A DNA stretch of 64,000 nt from Candidatus Aenigmatarchaeota archaeon (GTDB lineage Archaea > Aenigmatarchaeota > Aenigmatarchaeia > QMZP01 > QMZT01): assembly GCA_963726265.1 (NCBI GenBank), contig CAVSBQ010000002.1:800001-864000 (forward strand), given 5' to 3'. Position 1 is the first letter of the stretch; each line of letters starts with the position of its first letter. Both the position numbers and the translations under genes were made by a program. The notes under the pieces are model-generated. The model was not told the origin of the DNA. It searched no databases and saw nothing but the letters and a program-made list of their open reading frames with translations. This document shows positions 51,143-61,674 of this stretch, one piece after another.

Positions 51143-51190
51143 TGCAGGTTTCCCATTTTTTCGCTTTTTCGCAAAAGTAGAATTAGCAGG

Positions 51191-52144
51191 CTACAGGCCG
51201 CCGAAGACTTCCTGCTCCGGGTATATGACTATGCCTTCCTTGTCGACTATCTGCATGGCCACCACTTTCTTGATGTGCTTCGTGCCGCGGAGTTTGAGTA
51301 TCTCTATCGCGTTCTCGCGGACGTCGCCCTTGCGGATGTTGTAGAGCACGACGACGCCGTCGGCCAGGAATTCCTCCACGCCCGTCGGGCTGAACGTTTC
51401 GGGAATCTGCTTCGTCTCGGCTATGAGGAACGACGTCGTCCCGATCCGCTCGAAATACCTGAATAATTGTTCGACGTAACTCCTGTACTGCCAGCTCTTG
51501 CCAAGGAAATACGACGCTATCGAGCTCAGCGAATCAAGGACGATGATGTCCGGCATGAAGCCTTCCGGCAGGAGAACAGGCTCTATTTCTATGAGCAGTT
51601 CCCCCCGTTCCTTGGCCAGCATGGCCTCGACAGAGCGCGCGATCTCGTAGGAATTCATCCTCCTTATCAGGAGATTCCCCTTCTTTTCGAGCTCTTCTGC
51701 GTTCCAGCCGAAGTCGTTCATGTGTTTGCGCAAGCGGACCTCGGATTCCTCGAAGGACATGTATAAGCATTTCTTGCCGTTTTTCGCGGAGTTGGCAAGT
51801 ATCTGCAGGCACATGATTGTTTTGCCCGAGCCGGCTCCGCCGGCAATCAGGATGGCTGACCCCTTGGGTATGCCGTTCTCGATGAGCTGGTCAAAGCCCA
51901 CTATGCCGGTTTTAATGAAAGCGGTTTCCTTTTCCTGCGTTTTCTTCTTATCCTCCGCCTTCTCGATATGTTCTGGCTTTTGAGCCGGCTTAGCAATGGG
52001 CTTCGGCTTCTCGGCATGTTGTGGCTTTTCAGCGGCCAGCGGCTTTGCCTTTTCAGCAGCCTTCTCAGCGGGTTTTTCATGTTTCGGATGGCCTTTAGGC
52101 CTTTCACGCGCGGCCTTCCTGCCTATCCCTTTCCTTACAGCCAT
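51191..52144 (-). CDS. KaiC/RAD55-like ATPase with Lys/Glu/Pro-rich N-terminal tail
   Basis: TGIVGFDQLI, GGAGSGKT, SFEE, VLDSLS, VEEFLADG, KLRGT. Confidence 0.9.
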   Translation of the reverse strand: MAVRKGIGRKAARERPKGHPKHEKPAEKAAEKAKPLAAEKPQHAEKPKPIAKPAQKPEHIEKAEDKKKTQEKETAFIKTGIVGFDQLIENGIPKGSAILIAGGAGSGKTIMCLQILANSAKNGKKCLYMSFEESEVRLRKHMNDFGWNAEELEKKGNLLIRRMNSYEIARSVEAMLAKERGELLIEIEPVLLPEGFMPDIIVLDSLSSIASYFLGKSWQYRSYVEQLFRYFERIGTTSFLIAETKQIPETFSPTGVEEFLADGVVVLYNIRKGDVRENAIEILKLRGTKHIKKVVAMQIVDKEGIVIYPEQEVFGGL

Positions 52145-52268
52145 ACATGAAGTTATTGAATTGTTTGCTAATAAAATTTTGTAAAAACGGGCCGGTTTAC
52201 CCAAAAGCGGCAAAAGGGGATAAAAAACTGCCGAAAAGGTTTAAATATTTTACCTAAAAATATAACTT

Positions 52269-52601
52269 ATGGCCGAAATACGCTCGATTGACGTGAAAAG
52301 GAGCGAAATATCGGTGAACCTGAAGATATCCAAGGCCGAATACGACATGATAAGCAATACGACCTCCGACCTTCTCCTCATACCGACGAGCCAGAGTTTC
52401 CTCAGCCACTCGCTGACCACGGGCAAGCTCGGCAACAGCAACAGGATAATGCTGCCGAAAAAAATACTGGAGAAGCTCGAAATAAAGGAGATGGACAAGA
52501 AGGTCCCCGCAAAGACGTTCAAGATGGACGACGAGATTTTCCTCCTGATAAAGCTGAAAAAGTCGACCTTCGGCATACCCGTGTTTAAAGATACGGAGTG
52601 A
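52269..52601 (+). CDS. Hypothetical protein with AbrB-like C-terminal motif
   Basis: KLGNSNRIMLPKKIL resembles the AbrB/MazE GNS..I.LP motif. Confidence 0.55.
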   Translation: MAEIRSIDVKRSEISVNLKISKAEYDMISNTTSDLLLIPTSQSFLSHSLTTGKLGNSNRIMLPKKILEKLEIKEMDKKVPAKTFKMDDEIFLLIKLKKSTFGIPVFKDTE

Positions 52602-52630
52602 GTGAAACTAAAAAATAGTCGAGAGGTGGA

Positions 52631-53302
52631 ATGATGTTCGTGACGACCGGCATAAAAAGGATGGACAAGCTGCTTGGAGGCGGCTTCCCGACAAAAACTA
52701 CAGTCCTCGTTTCAGGAGGGCCGGGCTCGGGCAAGACGCTCTTCGCGCTGAACTTCCTGATGGAAGGCGTGCTGAAAAAGGAGAAATGCTGCTACGTCTC
52801 GCTGAACGAGACGAAAGACGAGCTGCTTCGCGCATGCAAGGGCATAGAGGCGCTGAGCCACGCGGAGAAGTTCCTTGGCAAGAACCTGGCCATAGAGCAC
52901 ATACCGCTCGGCGAGAACATAACCATGAAGAAGTTCATAAACATAATCGCCGCTTACCCGAAAATCGACAGGCTGGTCATAGACAACGTGAACAAGCTGC
53001 TCATATTCGCCGAGAACGACCGCTCATACAGGGTCCATCTTTCCGAACTGGTGAAGAGCCTGAGGTCAACGGGCTGCGCCCTGCTGATTTGCGAAACGAA
53101 GGGCGAGAGCATAGACACGGGCAACGGCGAATCATTCGAATGCGACGGCGTGCTTTCGCTTTCGTTCCTTGAGCTGGAAGAGAAACCCATGAGGACGCTC
53201 ACATTCCACAAGATGCGCTATGCGAACTTCGACCCAAAAGTGCCGCATGAGTTCGTTATAGATGAAAAGGACCTTAAACTCACAGAAACGAAAATAATAT
53301 GA
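52631..53302 (+). CDS. KaiC/RAD55-like ATPase
   Basis: TGIKRMDKLLGGG, GGPGSGKT, LVIDN, CDG, HKMR. Confidence 0.88.
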   Translation: MMFVTTGIKRMDKLLGGGFPTKTTVLVSGGPGSGKTLFALNFLMEGVLKKEKCCYVSLNETKDELLRACKGIEALSHAEKFLGKNLAIEHIPLGENITMKKFINIIAAYPKIDRLVIDNVNKLLIFAENDRSYRVHLSELVKSLRSTGCALLICETKGESIDTGNGESFECDGVLSLSFLELEEKPMRTLTFHKMRYANFDPKVPHEFVIDEKDLKLTETKII

Positions 53303-54370
53303 AGCTTGCAGAGGCCTTCAGAAGGAATCTTATAGAAACTGCAAAGGGCGCTTTTTTGAACAAGTTCAGGATAAAGGCCAGAAGGGACGTTCTTTTTTTC
53401 GAGGACATACTCATCGCCTATGCCAAGGAGTGCGAAAGGCTCGGCTTCGGAAAAGCAATAGAGGAAAGCGGCATGAAGTGGGGCGCCCTGCTGCTCAAGG
53501 TTCCTATGCCTTCTGCCCTGAAAAGCCTGCCGCCGGCCTTCCTGCTGAACAGCATCCTTGGAAAGATTTTCGTGAACCTCGGCCTCATGGACGACATACG
53601 CGTGTCCGAAAGCGGGGCGAGGCTCGTTCCTGAAGGTGAAAAACGAATCCTTTTCGAATAATTATGAAGGCAACGTCTTCCTCCGGGGGCTGCACAGGGG
53701 CTTCCTGAGCCAGCTTTACGGCATTCGCCTCGACGCTGCCGGGGTTTTCAGGGACAGGGCTTATTTCGTTTATGAATATGCAAAAAGAAACGAACCCTTC
53801 CATATCGCATCCAAATCCAAGGCAAAATACAACGAGCTGAACGCGATGCCCGAAGACGTAGGGTTTACCATAAAGGATGCGCTTAAAACCGGCATGCTCA
53901 GGCTGAGCGGCGCAAACAGGCTTTATTTCAGGGGCAGGGTCCTGAACCCGCTCGAGAACACGATATTCCACCTGCTGGGAAACATGCAGCTTCCCATGGA
54001 CAGGCTTGCTGAAGTTTCGCAGGCGTTTTTCAGCCAGATACTGGAAGCCGGCTCGGGCAGGGACGACAGGCTGGTTCTCCTTAAAAACCTCCTGCAGCTC
54101 ATGGGCTGGGGCAATGTAGGCATGATCGCCAAAAAAGAAGCGGTGACGGTGAGCATAAAAAATCCGCCTTACGGCTTCCAGGCGGAAAAGGACAACTGGG
54201 AATTCGTAATCGGAACGATCCTCGGCTTCATGCGGACGATAGACAAAAGGTTCTCGCTGAAAAAAGTGGAGGAGTCACGAAGGATGGTTTCAGTTACATT
54301 CTCCCTTCAGCAAGGAGCAGTTGTAGTCCCCGCATCCCGAGAATTTCCTCCTTGTCATGCAGCCGCCTGA
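53299..54370 (+). CDS. Tandem V4R/HNOX-like domain protein (one-base frameshift near 53629)
   Basis: Two repeats: LGLMD...VKNESF...FLRGLHRGFL and MGWG...IKNPPY...FVIGTILGFM; removing one C joins the two ORFs. Confidence 0.5.
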
Positions 54371-55369
54371 GCATTTTTCAGAGGCTTTGCACGATGCGCA
54401 GGCAGGCGGCGCGGCTACCGAGGCAGAGAACTGTTTTATCTTCGACAGATGGAATTCGAAGAGCTTGCCTGCCGCCCTGTTATCGGCTTCATTATCGAAA
54501 ACGTTGTACATGGGCGTTCTCTGCGTCACGCATGGGAACACGTCGCCGCTGCTCGATATGGTCATGAAGGCACCCCTCGCCGCGGTGCAGAAGCCGCCTG
54601 AAACCTCGAGGCCTGTCCTGAAGCCGTTCGGGAAAAGCGGCTCGCCGGATTCGATTCTCCTAGCCCCGTTTTTTCGCGCGAACCCGGCCAGTTTTTTCAG
54701 GGTTTTTATGTAGTCCGACGGCAGAAGGCTCATGTTGCTCGCCGCGGTGCCTGACGGCGTTATGTCCCATACCCTCGACCTGTCTATCCCAAGGCTCCTC
54801 GCGAACCTGAATATGGCGAATATCTCCTTCTCGGTTTCCCTGGTTATCACGGTCTGCGAGACCGTGGTCATGCCCGCGGCCTTGGCGTTCTTCAGCGCCT
54901 GGACAGCCCTCTCGAATGATTTTTCCATGCCCCTTATGCGGTCATGCCTCCCTGCCTCTAGGCTGTCTATGTTTATCTGCACCTGGGAAAGGCCGGCGCG
55001 GCTGAGATCCTGCGCCATTTTCCTGTCGAGAATGTAGCCGTTCGTGTTCATGTGGACGACGAAGCCGTTTTCCTTGGCGAGCCTTACCGCGTATTTTATG
55101 TGCGGATAAACCGTCGGCTCGCCGCCGGAAAAGGTTATCTGCCTGACGCCGTTCGCTTTAAGCAAAGTAATCAGCCTCTTCAGGTTTTCAGGGCTCATGT
55201 GATGGCTCAGGCCCGAGCCTTTGCCTGCTGCGGCGTAACACCATATGCAGTTGAGGTTGCACGAGTTCGTGACCTCGATCACTGCCCACGCGGTCTTCCC
55301 GTGCTTTTTGTAGTGCTTGACCTTTTCAACGGCATCGTTATCATTCCAGTCAAACGTCACTACGCACAT
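54290..55369 (-). CDS. Radical SAM / SPASM domain protein
   Basis: CNLNCIWC, SGGEP, NTNG; C..A...VFPC...CASC...CSGGC SPASM cysteines. Confidence 0.92.
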   Translation of the reverse strand: MCVVTFDWNDNDAVEKVKHYKKHGKTAWAVIEVTNSCNLNCIWCYAAAGKGSGLSHHMSPENLKRLITLLKANGVRQITFSGGEPTVYPHIKYAVRLAKENGFVVHMNTNGYILDRKMAQDLSRAGLSQVQINIDSLEAGRHDRIRGMEKSFERAVQALKNAKAAGMTTVSQTVITRETEKEIFAIFRFARSLGIDRSRVWDITPSGTAASNMSLLPSDYIKTLKKLAGFARKNGARRIESGEPLFPNGFRTGLEVSGGFCTAARGAFMTISSSGDVFPCVTQRTPMYNVFDNEADNRAAGKLFEFHLSKIKQFSASVAAPPACASCKASEKCSGGCMTRRKFSGCGDYNCSLLKGECN

Positions 55370-56178
55370 CCACACACCCCGCTGAGGTTCATCGCTATCG
55401 CGAAGACCTGGAAGAAAATGAATGACGCAAGCATCGAAAACCTTGTTTTTTTGTGATCATCCATGCGCAGGAAAAACGAGACCATGAGCATGAACGGGAC
55501 GAGCGCGTAAAGAGACGCATAGCCCAGCAGCAGCACGGCCGCGGAGAAAAGCGCGCTTATGGCGTAAACGGTCCCTTTCGCCGCGCCGACGCCGAAAACA
55601 AGCGGGATGGTCCTCACCTTCGCCGTTCTGTCGCCTTCGCAGCCCCTTATGTCGCCCAGCAGGTTGAGCGTGAAGCCGAAAATGAAAATGAAGGGAAGGT
55701 GGGCCACGGCCCCCGCTCCGATTTCGCGCGATGCCGCCGCGCCTGCAAGGAACGTGAGCGCTATAGTCAGCCCGGTGAAAACGTTTTTTGCTATGAAAAT
55801 TCCCTTTATCCTCGCCCCGGAATAAAGAACGCCCATCAGCATGAGGAGAAGGTAAAGCGACGTGGAGGCGAAAGAAAGAGCGAAGGACAGGCCAAGGCCC
55901 GTCAGGAAAAGCATGAGAATGATGACCTTGCCTGGCGCTTCGTTGACAACGAAATAGTTGAGCCTCCTGTTGTTCACCCCGTCCTCCTTCCTGTCCGTCA
56001 CGTGATTATAGGCGTAGCTGGCCGCCGTGCCGAGAAATATGGCGGCGAAAAGATAAAGGATTCTCACGTCGATAAAATTAAACAAGGCGTAGCCTGCGAT
56101 GGATATTCCTGTCACGAAAAAGCAGGTTTCAACCCTTATGAACGAAAGGAACTCGGCCAGAAGCCTCTTGTTGCCCAT
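55360..56178 (-). CDS. UbiA family prenyltransferase
   Basis: YNHVTDRKEDGVN, LYS, GDIRGCEGD...VRTIP; multi-TM. Confidence 0.88.
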   Translation of the reverse strand: MGNKRLLAEFLSFIRVETCFFVTGISIAGYALFNFIDVRILYLFAAIFLGTAASYAYNHVTDRKEDGVNNRRLNYFVVNEAPGKVIILMLFLTGLGLSFALSFASTSLYLLLMLMGVLYSGARIKGIFIAKNVFTGLTIALTFLAGAAASREIGAGAVAHLPFIFIFGFTLNLLGDIRGCEGDRTAKVRTIPLVFGVGAAKGTVYAISALFSAAVLLLGYASLYALVPFMLMVSFFLRMDDHKKTRFSMLASFIFFQVFAIAMNLSGVCGCA

Positions 56179-56276
56179 CCGTTTATATATTATTATCTTT
56201 TCTGTATATAAATCATTCAAATGTTTAAACATGATTTAATTAAATTTATAAATACGGTCCGCCAATTACTCTTATT

Positions 56277-56828
56277 ATGGCGCTCGACCTGCTCAGCGAG
56301 ATAGCGAACAACAAATTCCTCCTGATACTCATGGAGGAAAGGGAATACCTGTCGAAACTCGAGGAGATAATGAAGTCCGCCGAAAAGACCAAGACCAGGA
56401 TATGCTACGTGTGCCTGAACAAGCCATACGATGATGTGGTGAAAGACCTGAAAAACAAGGGGATAAAGACAGCGGATTTCTTCTTCATAGACGTTCTCAC
56501 CTCGCATTACAGGGAAGCGGCGTCCGCCGCGAACTGCATCTTCCTGCGCTCGCCCAACGACCTCGCGGCCATGAGGATCGCCATCAAAAAGGCCGTGGAC
56601 GATAAAAAGTGCAGCGTCATCCTTTTCGACACGATTTCCACGCTCCTGATTTACCAGCAGACTTCTTCAGTCATAAAATTCACTCACAATCTCCTTTCGG
56701 ATAACGTGAAGGAAGACGTCAAGAAGCTGTTCATACTGCTTAAGCACGACACAGTCTCCGCAGAGGAAAGCGAAAAGCTCGGCAAGGACCTCGGCATGTT
56801 CGCGGACAAGACGCTTGACATGAAATGA
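56277..56828 (+). CDS. Degenerate KaiC-like RecA-fold protein without Walker A
   Basis: CYVCLNKP, FFFID, ILFDTISTLLIY, FAD. Confidence 0.7.
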   Translation: MALDLLSEIANNKFLLILMEEREYLSKLEEIMKSAEKTKTRICYVCLNKPYDDVVKDLKNKGIKTADFFFIDVLTSHYREAASAANCIFLRSPNDLAAMRIAIKKAVDDKKCSVILFDTISTLLIYQQTSSVIKFTHNLLSDNVKEDVKKLFILLKHDTVSAEESEKLGKDLGMFADKTLDMK

Positions 56829-56884
56829 GCGCGGCGGCAGGCCTGAACGGCCGCCGCACATTATATTAATAAGAAAGACCCAAT

Positions 56885-57265
56885 ATGATAAATATGGCCA
56901 AGAAAAGGATAATGGTCGTTGACGACGAGGATAGCCTGAGGGAACTAATCAGGGCAATCCTCGAGGCCGAAGGTTATGACGTCACGACTGCGGAAGACGG
57001 CAACGACTGCCTGAAGAAACTGAAAACAATGAAGCCCGACCTTGTACTCCTCGACATGATGATGCCGGGCATGAGCGGCAGGGAAGTGTGCGAAAGCATA
57101 AGGAAAGACCCCAAGATCAAGAACCTGAAAGTCGCTTTCCTCACCGTCGCCAAGTTTTCCGAGTCTGGCAAGGGAGTCCTCGGCCAGATGAAGGTCCTCG
57201 ACTACATAACCAAGCCATTCGATAACGACGACCTGGTAAAAAGGGTAAAGAAGATGGTCGGTTAG
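56885..57265 (+). CDS. Single-domain response regulator (receiver)
   Basis: VVDDE, LLDMMMPGMSG, FLTV, YITKPF. Confidence 0.95.
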   Translation: MINMAKKRIMVVDDEDSLRELIRAILEAEGYDVTTAEDGNDCLKKLKTMKPDLVLLDMMMPGMSGREVCESIRKDPKIKNLKVAFLTVAKFSESGKGVLGQMKVLDYITKPFDNDDLVKRVKKMVG

Positions 57266-57311
57266 TTTTTACTTTTTATTCAGGCCGCATAAATTAATAT
57301 TATTGACTCTT

Positions 57312-57512
57312 ATGACTCTCAAGGAAGAAGCCAAGGAATTACTGAACAGGCTGCTTGGCTCCGTGGTTTCGGAACAGGTTGACGGTTTTGATGACCCTGA
57401 AAAATACCCGAAGGACTTCCTAGACGAGTGCGGGGATTTCCTCGGGAAGTTCATAGGCCAGGACGCGGCCAAGAAGAAGCTCGAGCCGCTTTACAAAAAA
57501 TATATAAAATGA
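57312..57512 (+). CDS. Small helical hypothetical protein
   Basis: 66 aa, AT-rich promoter-like region upstream, normal codon usage. Confidence 0.6.
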   Translation: MTLKEEAKELLNRLLGSVVSEQVDGFDDPEKYPKDFLDECGDFLGKFIGQDAAKKKLEPLYKKYIK

Positions 57513-57524
57513 CGTGGTGGAAGA

Positions 57525-58340
57525 ATGAAAATCAAAAACTTGCATCTGGGACTTTTGGCGTTTGCCGTGCTTTTTTTCGCAAACCTTGCAATTTTTTATT
57601 ACGGCCCGGCGATGGAAAATTTCTACATAATAGCTGATTACTGGGTCATGATACTGGCGCTCCTCGCGGCGGCATCGGGCTTCTTTGCATACAGGATGCA
57701 CGGCCTCGGCAGCGTCCAGGGAAAGGCGCTTTTCCTTATCGCAACGGGGACGCTTTTCTGGGCGCTGGGGGAGCTTGCGTGGGGCAGCTATGAAATATTC
57801 CTTGGCATGGAAAAGCCGGTCGCTTCAATCGCCGACGTGTTCTGGTTCATAGGCTACGGCTTTTTCTTCTGGGGGCTGTTCTTCATAACCAGGCTCTCGG
57901 CCGCGCCCCTCGGCAGGAAAAAACTCGCTCTTGTGCCTCTGGTCATCCTGATATGCTCGGTGATGATATACATATCCTTTCCCACCATAACAGACGCTGG
58001 AATGGCTTTGATTGAAAAAACAGCGACCGCCGGCTACGTCCTGGGCGACATGCTCCTGCTCGTTTCGCTGGCAATTACCATTACGTATCTTCTCGGCAGC
58101 AAGCTCATCAAACCCTGGAGCATAATTTTCATTGGGCTGATCCTCAGCACATTAGCTGATATATTTTACACGTATTTCATCGGCTCATACGAAACCGGGA
58201 ACCTGATAGACATACTCTGGAACGTGGACTACATTCTCATGGGCTTCGGCTTCTTCTATTACAGGGAAACCATAAAGGGGATATTCGCATCGGCAAAGGA
58301 AACGATGTCAGCCAAAACCAAGGAAAGCAAGAAAGCTTGA
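57525..58340 (+). CDS. Stand-alone multi-TM sensor-like membrane protein
   Basis: WALGELAW...YE, SIADVFW..GY, GD, LAD motifs typical of kinase-associated membrane sensors. Confidence 0.7.
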   Translation: MKIKNLHLGLLAFAVLFFANLAIFYYGPAMENFYIIADYWVMILALLAAASGFFAYRMHGLGSVQGKALFLIATGTLFWALGELAWGSYEIFLGMEKPVASIADVFWFIGYGFFFWGLFFITRLSAAPLGRKKLALVPLVILICSVMIYISFPTITDAGMALIEKTATAGYVLGDMLLLVSLAITITYLLGSKLIKPWSIIFIGLILSTLADIFYTYFIGSYETGNLIDILWNVDYILMGFGFFYYRETIKGIFASAKETMSAKTKESKKA

Positions 58341-58374
58341 AAAACTGCCAACCATCCAGCCCCCCCCCCCAGGC

Positions 58375-60078
58375 CTAGAATCTGGTCCCTTTGGCGGTGA
58401 TTTTCTTCGATCTTTCAAGCACTTCCTCCGCCTTCGCCTTTTCGTCCTTTATTGCGGACCCTGTAACGTTTTTCACGGGCAGGGTGAAGTGGAACTCGCT
58501 TCCCTTGCCATGCTCGCTGCTGAACCAGATTTTACCTCCGAGGGCATTGACGAATTCCTGGCATAGCGAGAGCCCGAGCCCGACGCCTCCTGCCGACCTT
58601 GTATAGGACGAGTCGACCTGGTAGAACCTCTCGAATATCTGCGCGTGATGCTCTTTTGCGATGCCTATGCCGGTGTCCTTGACCATGAAATGAACGTTTT
58701 CTTTCTCCCTGAAAACCTTGACCGTTATCTTGCCGGAAGGCGTATACTTCACCGAGTTGTTTATCAGGTTTATCATAATCTCCATGAGCTTTTCCCTGTC
58801 CGTTGTTATTTTCGGCAGGCCTTTCTCCATGTCGTATTCCGAAGCGAGGCCCTTCTGCTTCATCTGCACGTTCATCTCCTTCTGGATGCCATCCATGAAT
58901 TCACTGAGGTCGATTTCTTCTATTGCCAGCTTGAGGGTGCCTAAGTCGATTCTGGACAGGTCGAGTATGTCCGTGACGAGCTTTGCCAGCCTATCGGTTT
59001 CATGGTCCATTATATTGAGGTATTTGTTCCTCTTTTCCACATCCTTTATGATGGCCTTGTTCTGGAGCAGCTGCGAGAAGCCGTGTATCGACGTCAGCGG
59101 GGTTTTCAGCTCGTGCGCCGCTATGGAGATGAACTGGTCCTTCTTTATGTCCGTCTCTTTCAGCTTGAGCAGGCTTTCCGTGAGCTCTTCCTGCGTTTTT
59201 ATGAGCTCCCTGTTGGCGTCGTCCATGTCGTCCATCATGTTGAGAATCGCGGTTTTCATGTCTGTAAGATCCTTTATCTTCTCATCCAGTTCCTTGGTTC
59301 TGTCGACAACCTTTTGCTCCAGCTCCTCCTGGTGTTTTTTAATCTGGTTCTGGTAAATTTTCAAATCCTGCGTCATCTGGTTGAAGGTTCGTGATAAGTT
59401 CCCTATCTCATCGCGCGATTTGATATCAACATTGTAATCCAAATCGCTCTTCGCGATAGCCTCGACACCTTTGCTGATTTTCATGATCGGCTTTATGATT
59501 ATCATTCTCAGAAAAAAGAAGAGCACCATGATGAATAAGACCATCAGCATGAAATATCCTATCGTGAGGGTGCTTACAGCCGACAGTATTTTTTTGTCGA
59601 CGTTTTCCATCGTGAAGTCCAGCTGCACGGTGCCGATGACCTGGCCGGACAGGTGGAGGGGCGATACGATTTTAAGGACTCTTGAGGAGTCCCTGTTGTA
59701 AATGCTCGTTATCAGGATTTTTTTTTCATACGCCTCGAAATTTTCGGGGTCGGGTTCTGCGTCAACCTTCCTTGGGTCGTTTGATACGTAATTCACCAGC
59801 CCGTCTTTGCCCGGCATTACGTAGGTTATATCGATAATTTCAGGATCCAGCCACATGAGCTTTTGTATTCCCGACATCAGCTCGTCCTTTTTCTGCAGGC
59901 CTTCAGCGCTTTTTATGCCCGCTTCCAGCGAATACGTGGTCGATTTCGCCCTCTCTATGAAGTAGTTTGTCAGGTCCGTTTCATAACTGCTGATATTGTT
60001 GGACAGAATGATGATAAAAAGGAGTAAAAAAAGCAAAGTAACTACTCCTATTATCTTTAGCGTTATGTTTATTTTCAT
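58375..60078 (-). CDS. Membrane sensor histidine kinase (2 TM, HAMP, HisKA, HATPase)
   Basis: DEIGNL..TFNQM, AHELKTPL, NLINNSVKY, DTGIGI, GVGLGL. Confidence 0.96.
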   Translation of the reverse strand: MKINITLKIIGVVTLLFLLLFIIILSNNISSYETDLTNYFIERAKSTTYSLEAGIKSAEGLQKKDELMSGIQKLMWLDPEIIDITYVMPGKDGLVNYVSNDPRKVDAEPDPENFEAYEKKILITSIYNRDSSRVLKIVSPLHLSGQVIGTVQLDFTMENVDKKILSAVSTLTIGYFMLMVLFIMVLFFFLRMIIIKPIMKISKGVEAIAKSDLDYNVDIKSRDEIGNLSRTFNQMTQDLKIYQNQIKKHQEELEQKVVDRTKELDEKIKDLTDMKTAILNMMDDMDDANRELIKTQEELTESLLKLKETDIKKDQFISIAAHELKTPLTSIHGFSQLLQNKAIIKDVEKRNKYLNIMDHETDRLAKLVTDILDLSRIDLGTLKLAIEEIDLSEFMDGIQKEMNVQMKQKGLASEYDMEKGLPKITTDREKLMEIMINLINNSVKYTPSGKITVKVFREKENVHFMVKDTGIGIAKEHHAQIFERFYQVDSSYTRSAGGVGLGLSLCQEFVNALGGKIWFSSEHGKGSEFHFTLPVKNVTGSAIKDEKAKAEEVLERSKKITAKGTRF

Positions 60079-60870
60079 TTACTTGAACCACTTGTCTTTG
60101 ATTTCCTGCAGCCTGCCGCTCATTTTCATTTCGCTTATTATGTTGTCTATTTTGTCCATCAGGGCCCCGTTTCCGAGCTTGGTCACGACACCGTAGTATT
60201 CCTGCGTGAAAGGCTCGCCGACGATTTTTAGCGTGGGGTTGCTCTTGACTACGCCAACTACCCCGACATAATCCTGAACGCCGGCATCGATTTTTCCGTT
60301 CACCAGGTCCTGCGTTATTGTGTCGGAACCATCGTAACTCGTCACCATGGACGGATCAATGCCCTCGATTGCCAATACAGCCTTTTCGCCAGTCGTTCCA
60401 TTCAGCACTCCTACTTTTTTGTTATTAAGGTCACCGGGCGTCTTTATGGCAGCAGTTTCGCTTCTTGTATATATCACCTGCCCGCCGTCGAAATACGGAG
60501 CGCTGAAAAGCATCTGCTGCGAGCGCTCCTGCGTAATCGTTATGGAAGAGACCAGTATGTCCACGTCACCGCTTTTCACCGACGAGAACATGTTCGGGAA
60601 CGACATCTCCCTGAATTCTGCTGCAATCCCTATTTTTGATGCAATTTCCTTTGCCAAGTCTATGTCGAACCCCACAAGGTTTCCTGATGCATCATGGAAA
60701 GTCATTGACGGAATGTCACCGAACGTTCCTACTATCAGCTTTCCGCTGTCCTTCACACTCTTCAGCGACAGATCGCCTGCCTGATCCATGGGCTGCGTGC
60801 AGCCGGACGCGAAAACGGCCAGCAGCATCATAATGGCAAACAGCCCAAACATTCCCCTTTTATTTTTCAT
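60079..60870 (-). CDS. Polar amino acid-type solute-binding lipoprotein (family 3)
   Basis: FASGC lipobox, GFDIDLA, ITITQERS, FSAPY. Confidence 0.9.
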   Translation of the reverse strand: MKNKRGMFGLFAIMMLLAVFASGCTQPMDQAGDLSLKSVKDSGKLIVGTFGDIPSMTFHDASGNLVGFDIDLAKEIASKIGIAAEFREMSFPNMFSSVKSGDVDILVSSITITQERSQQMLFSAPYFDGGQVIYTRSETAAIKTPGDLNNKKVGVLNGTTGEKAVLAIEGIDPSMVTSYDGSDTITQDLVNGKIDAGVQDYVGVVGVVKSNPTLKIVGEPFTQEYYGVVTKLGNGALMDKIDNIISEMKMSGRLQEIKDKWFK

Positions 60871-60993
60871 ATTTCACAACACCCCCAATCATTCCAGCCA
60901 CTTATTCTTGATTTCATCCAGTTTCCCGTCCCTTTTCATTTCCCTGAGTATTCTGTTTATCTCATCCATGAGCGCGTTGTTGCCGAGTTTGGT
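60759..60993. repeat. 235-bp perfect direct repeat, copy 1
   Basis: Identical by eye to 61563..61797 (offset 804). Confidence 0.92.
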
Positions 60994-61674
60994 TGCAATG
61001 CCGTAATATTCACTGGTGAAAGGTTCGCCCACTATTTTGAGCGAAGGTTCTTGTTTTGCATATCCCGATGCTCCTATCAAATCCGTGACCATTGCATCCA
61101 ATTTGCCTCCAATGAGGTTGTTGATAATTTCTGTATATGAATTGTATGATGTTATTGTTTGCGGTTCGGCATACATCATTGCAGCTTCTTTGCAAGTAGT
61201 TCCATTAAGAACTCCTATTTTTTTACCTCTCAAATTTTCCGGAGAAGTTATTTCGTTGTTATCTTTTCTGGTCATTATGACTTGTCCGGCATCCAAATAA
61301 GGGGAGCTGAACAGCATCTGTTGCGAACGTTCCTGGGTTATGGTTATGGCGGATATTATGATGTCAACGTCGCCCGCTTTCACATTATCGAAAAGATCAC
61401 CCCAACTTATTATACTGAGTTCAGGCTGGACGTCGAGTTTCAAAGCTATGTCATTGGCGACATCGACATCGAAACCAACTAATTTTCCCGAGCCATCATA
61501 AAGCCTCATCGGCGGAAAGTCCGGGTCGATGCCAATCATGATTCTGCCTCTGTCTTTCACGTTCTTCAGCGACAGATCGCCTGCCTGATCCATGGGCTGC
61601 GTGCAGCCGGACGCGAAAACGGCCAGCAGCATCATAATGGCAAACAGCCCAAACATTCCCCTTTTATTTTTCAT
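60889..61674 (-). CDS. Polar amino acid-type solute-binding lipoprotein (family 3)
   Basis: FASGC lipobox, FPPM, GFDVDVA, ITITQERS. Confidence 0.9.
   Translation of the reverse strand: MKNKRGMFGLFAIMMLLAVFASGCTQPMDQAGDLSLKNVKDRGRIMIGIDPDFPPMRLYDGSGKLVGFDVDVANDIALKLDVQPELSIISWGDLFDNVKAGDVDIIISAITITQERSQQMLFSSPYLDAGQVIMTRKDNNEITSPENLRGKKIGVLNGTTCKEAAMMYAEPQTITSYNSYTEIINNLIGGKLDAMVTDLIGASGYAKQEPSLKIVGEPFTSEYYGIATKLGNNALMDEINRILREMKRDGKLDEIKNKWLE

Noticed and set aside
53622..53640. Two separate genes at 53299 and 53636
   Set aside because: Removing one C joins them into a coherent two-repeat protein
58360..58370. C11 homopolymer as a phase-variation tract
   Set aside because: Lies between two convergent stop codons, so length change would not affect a frame or promoter
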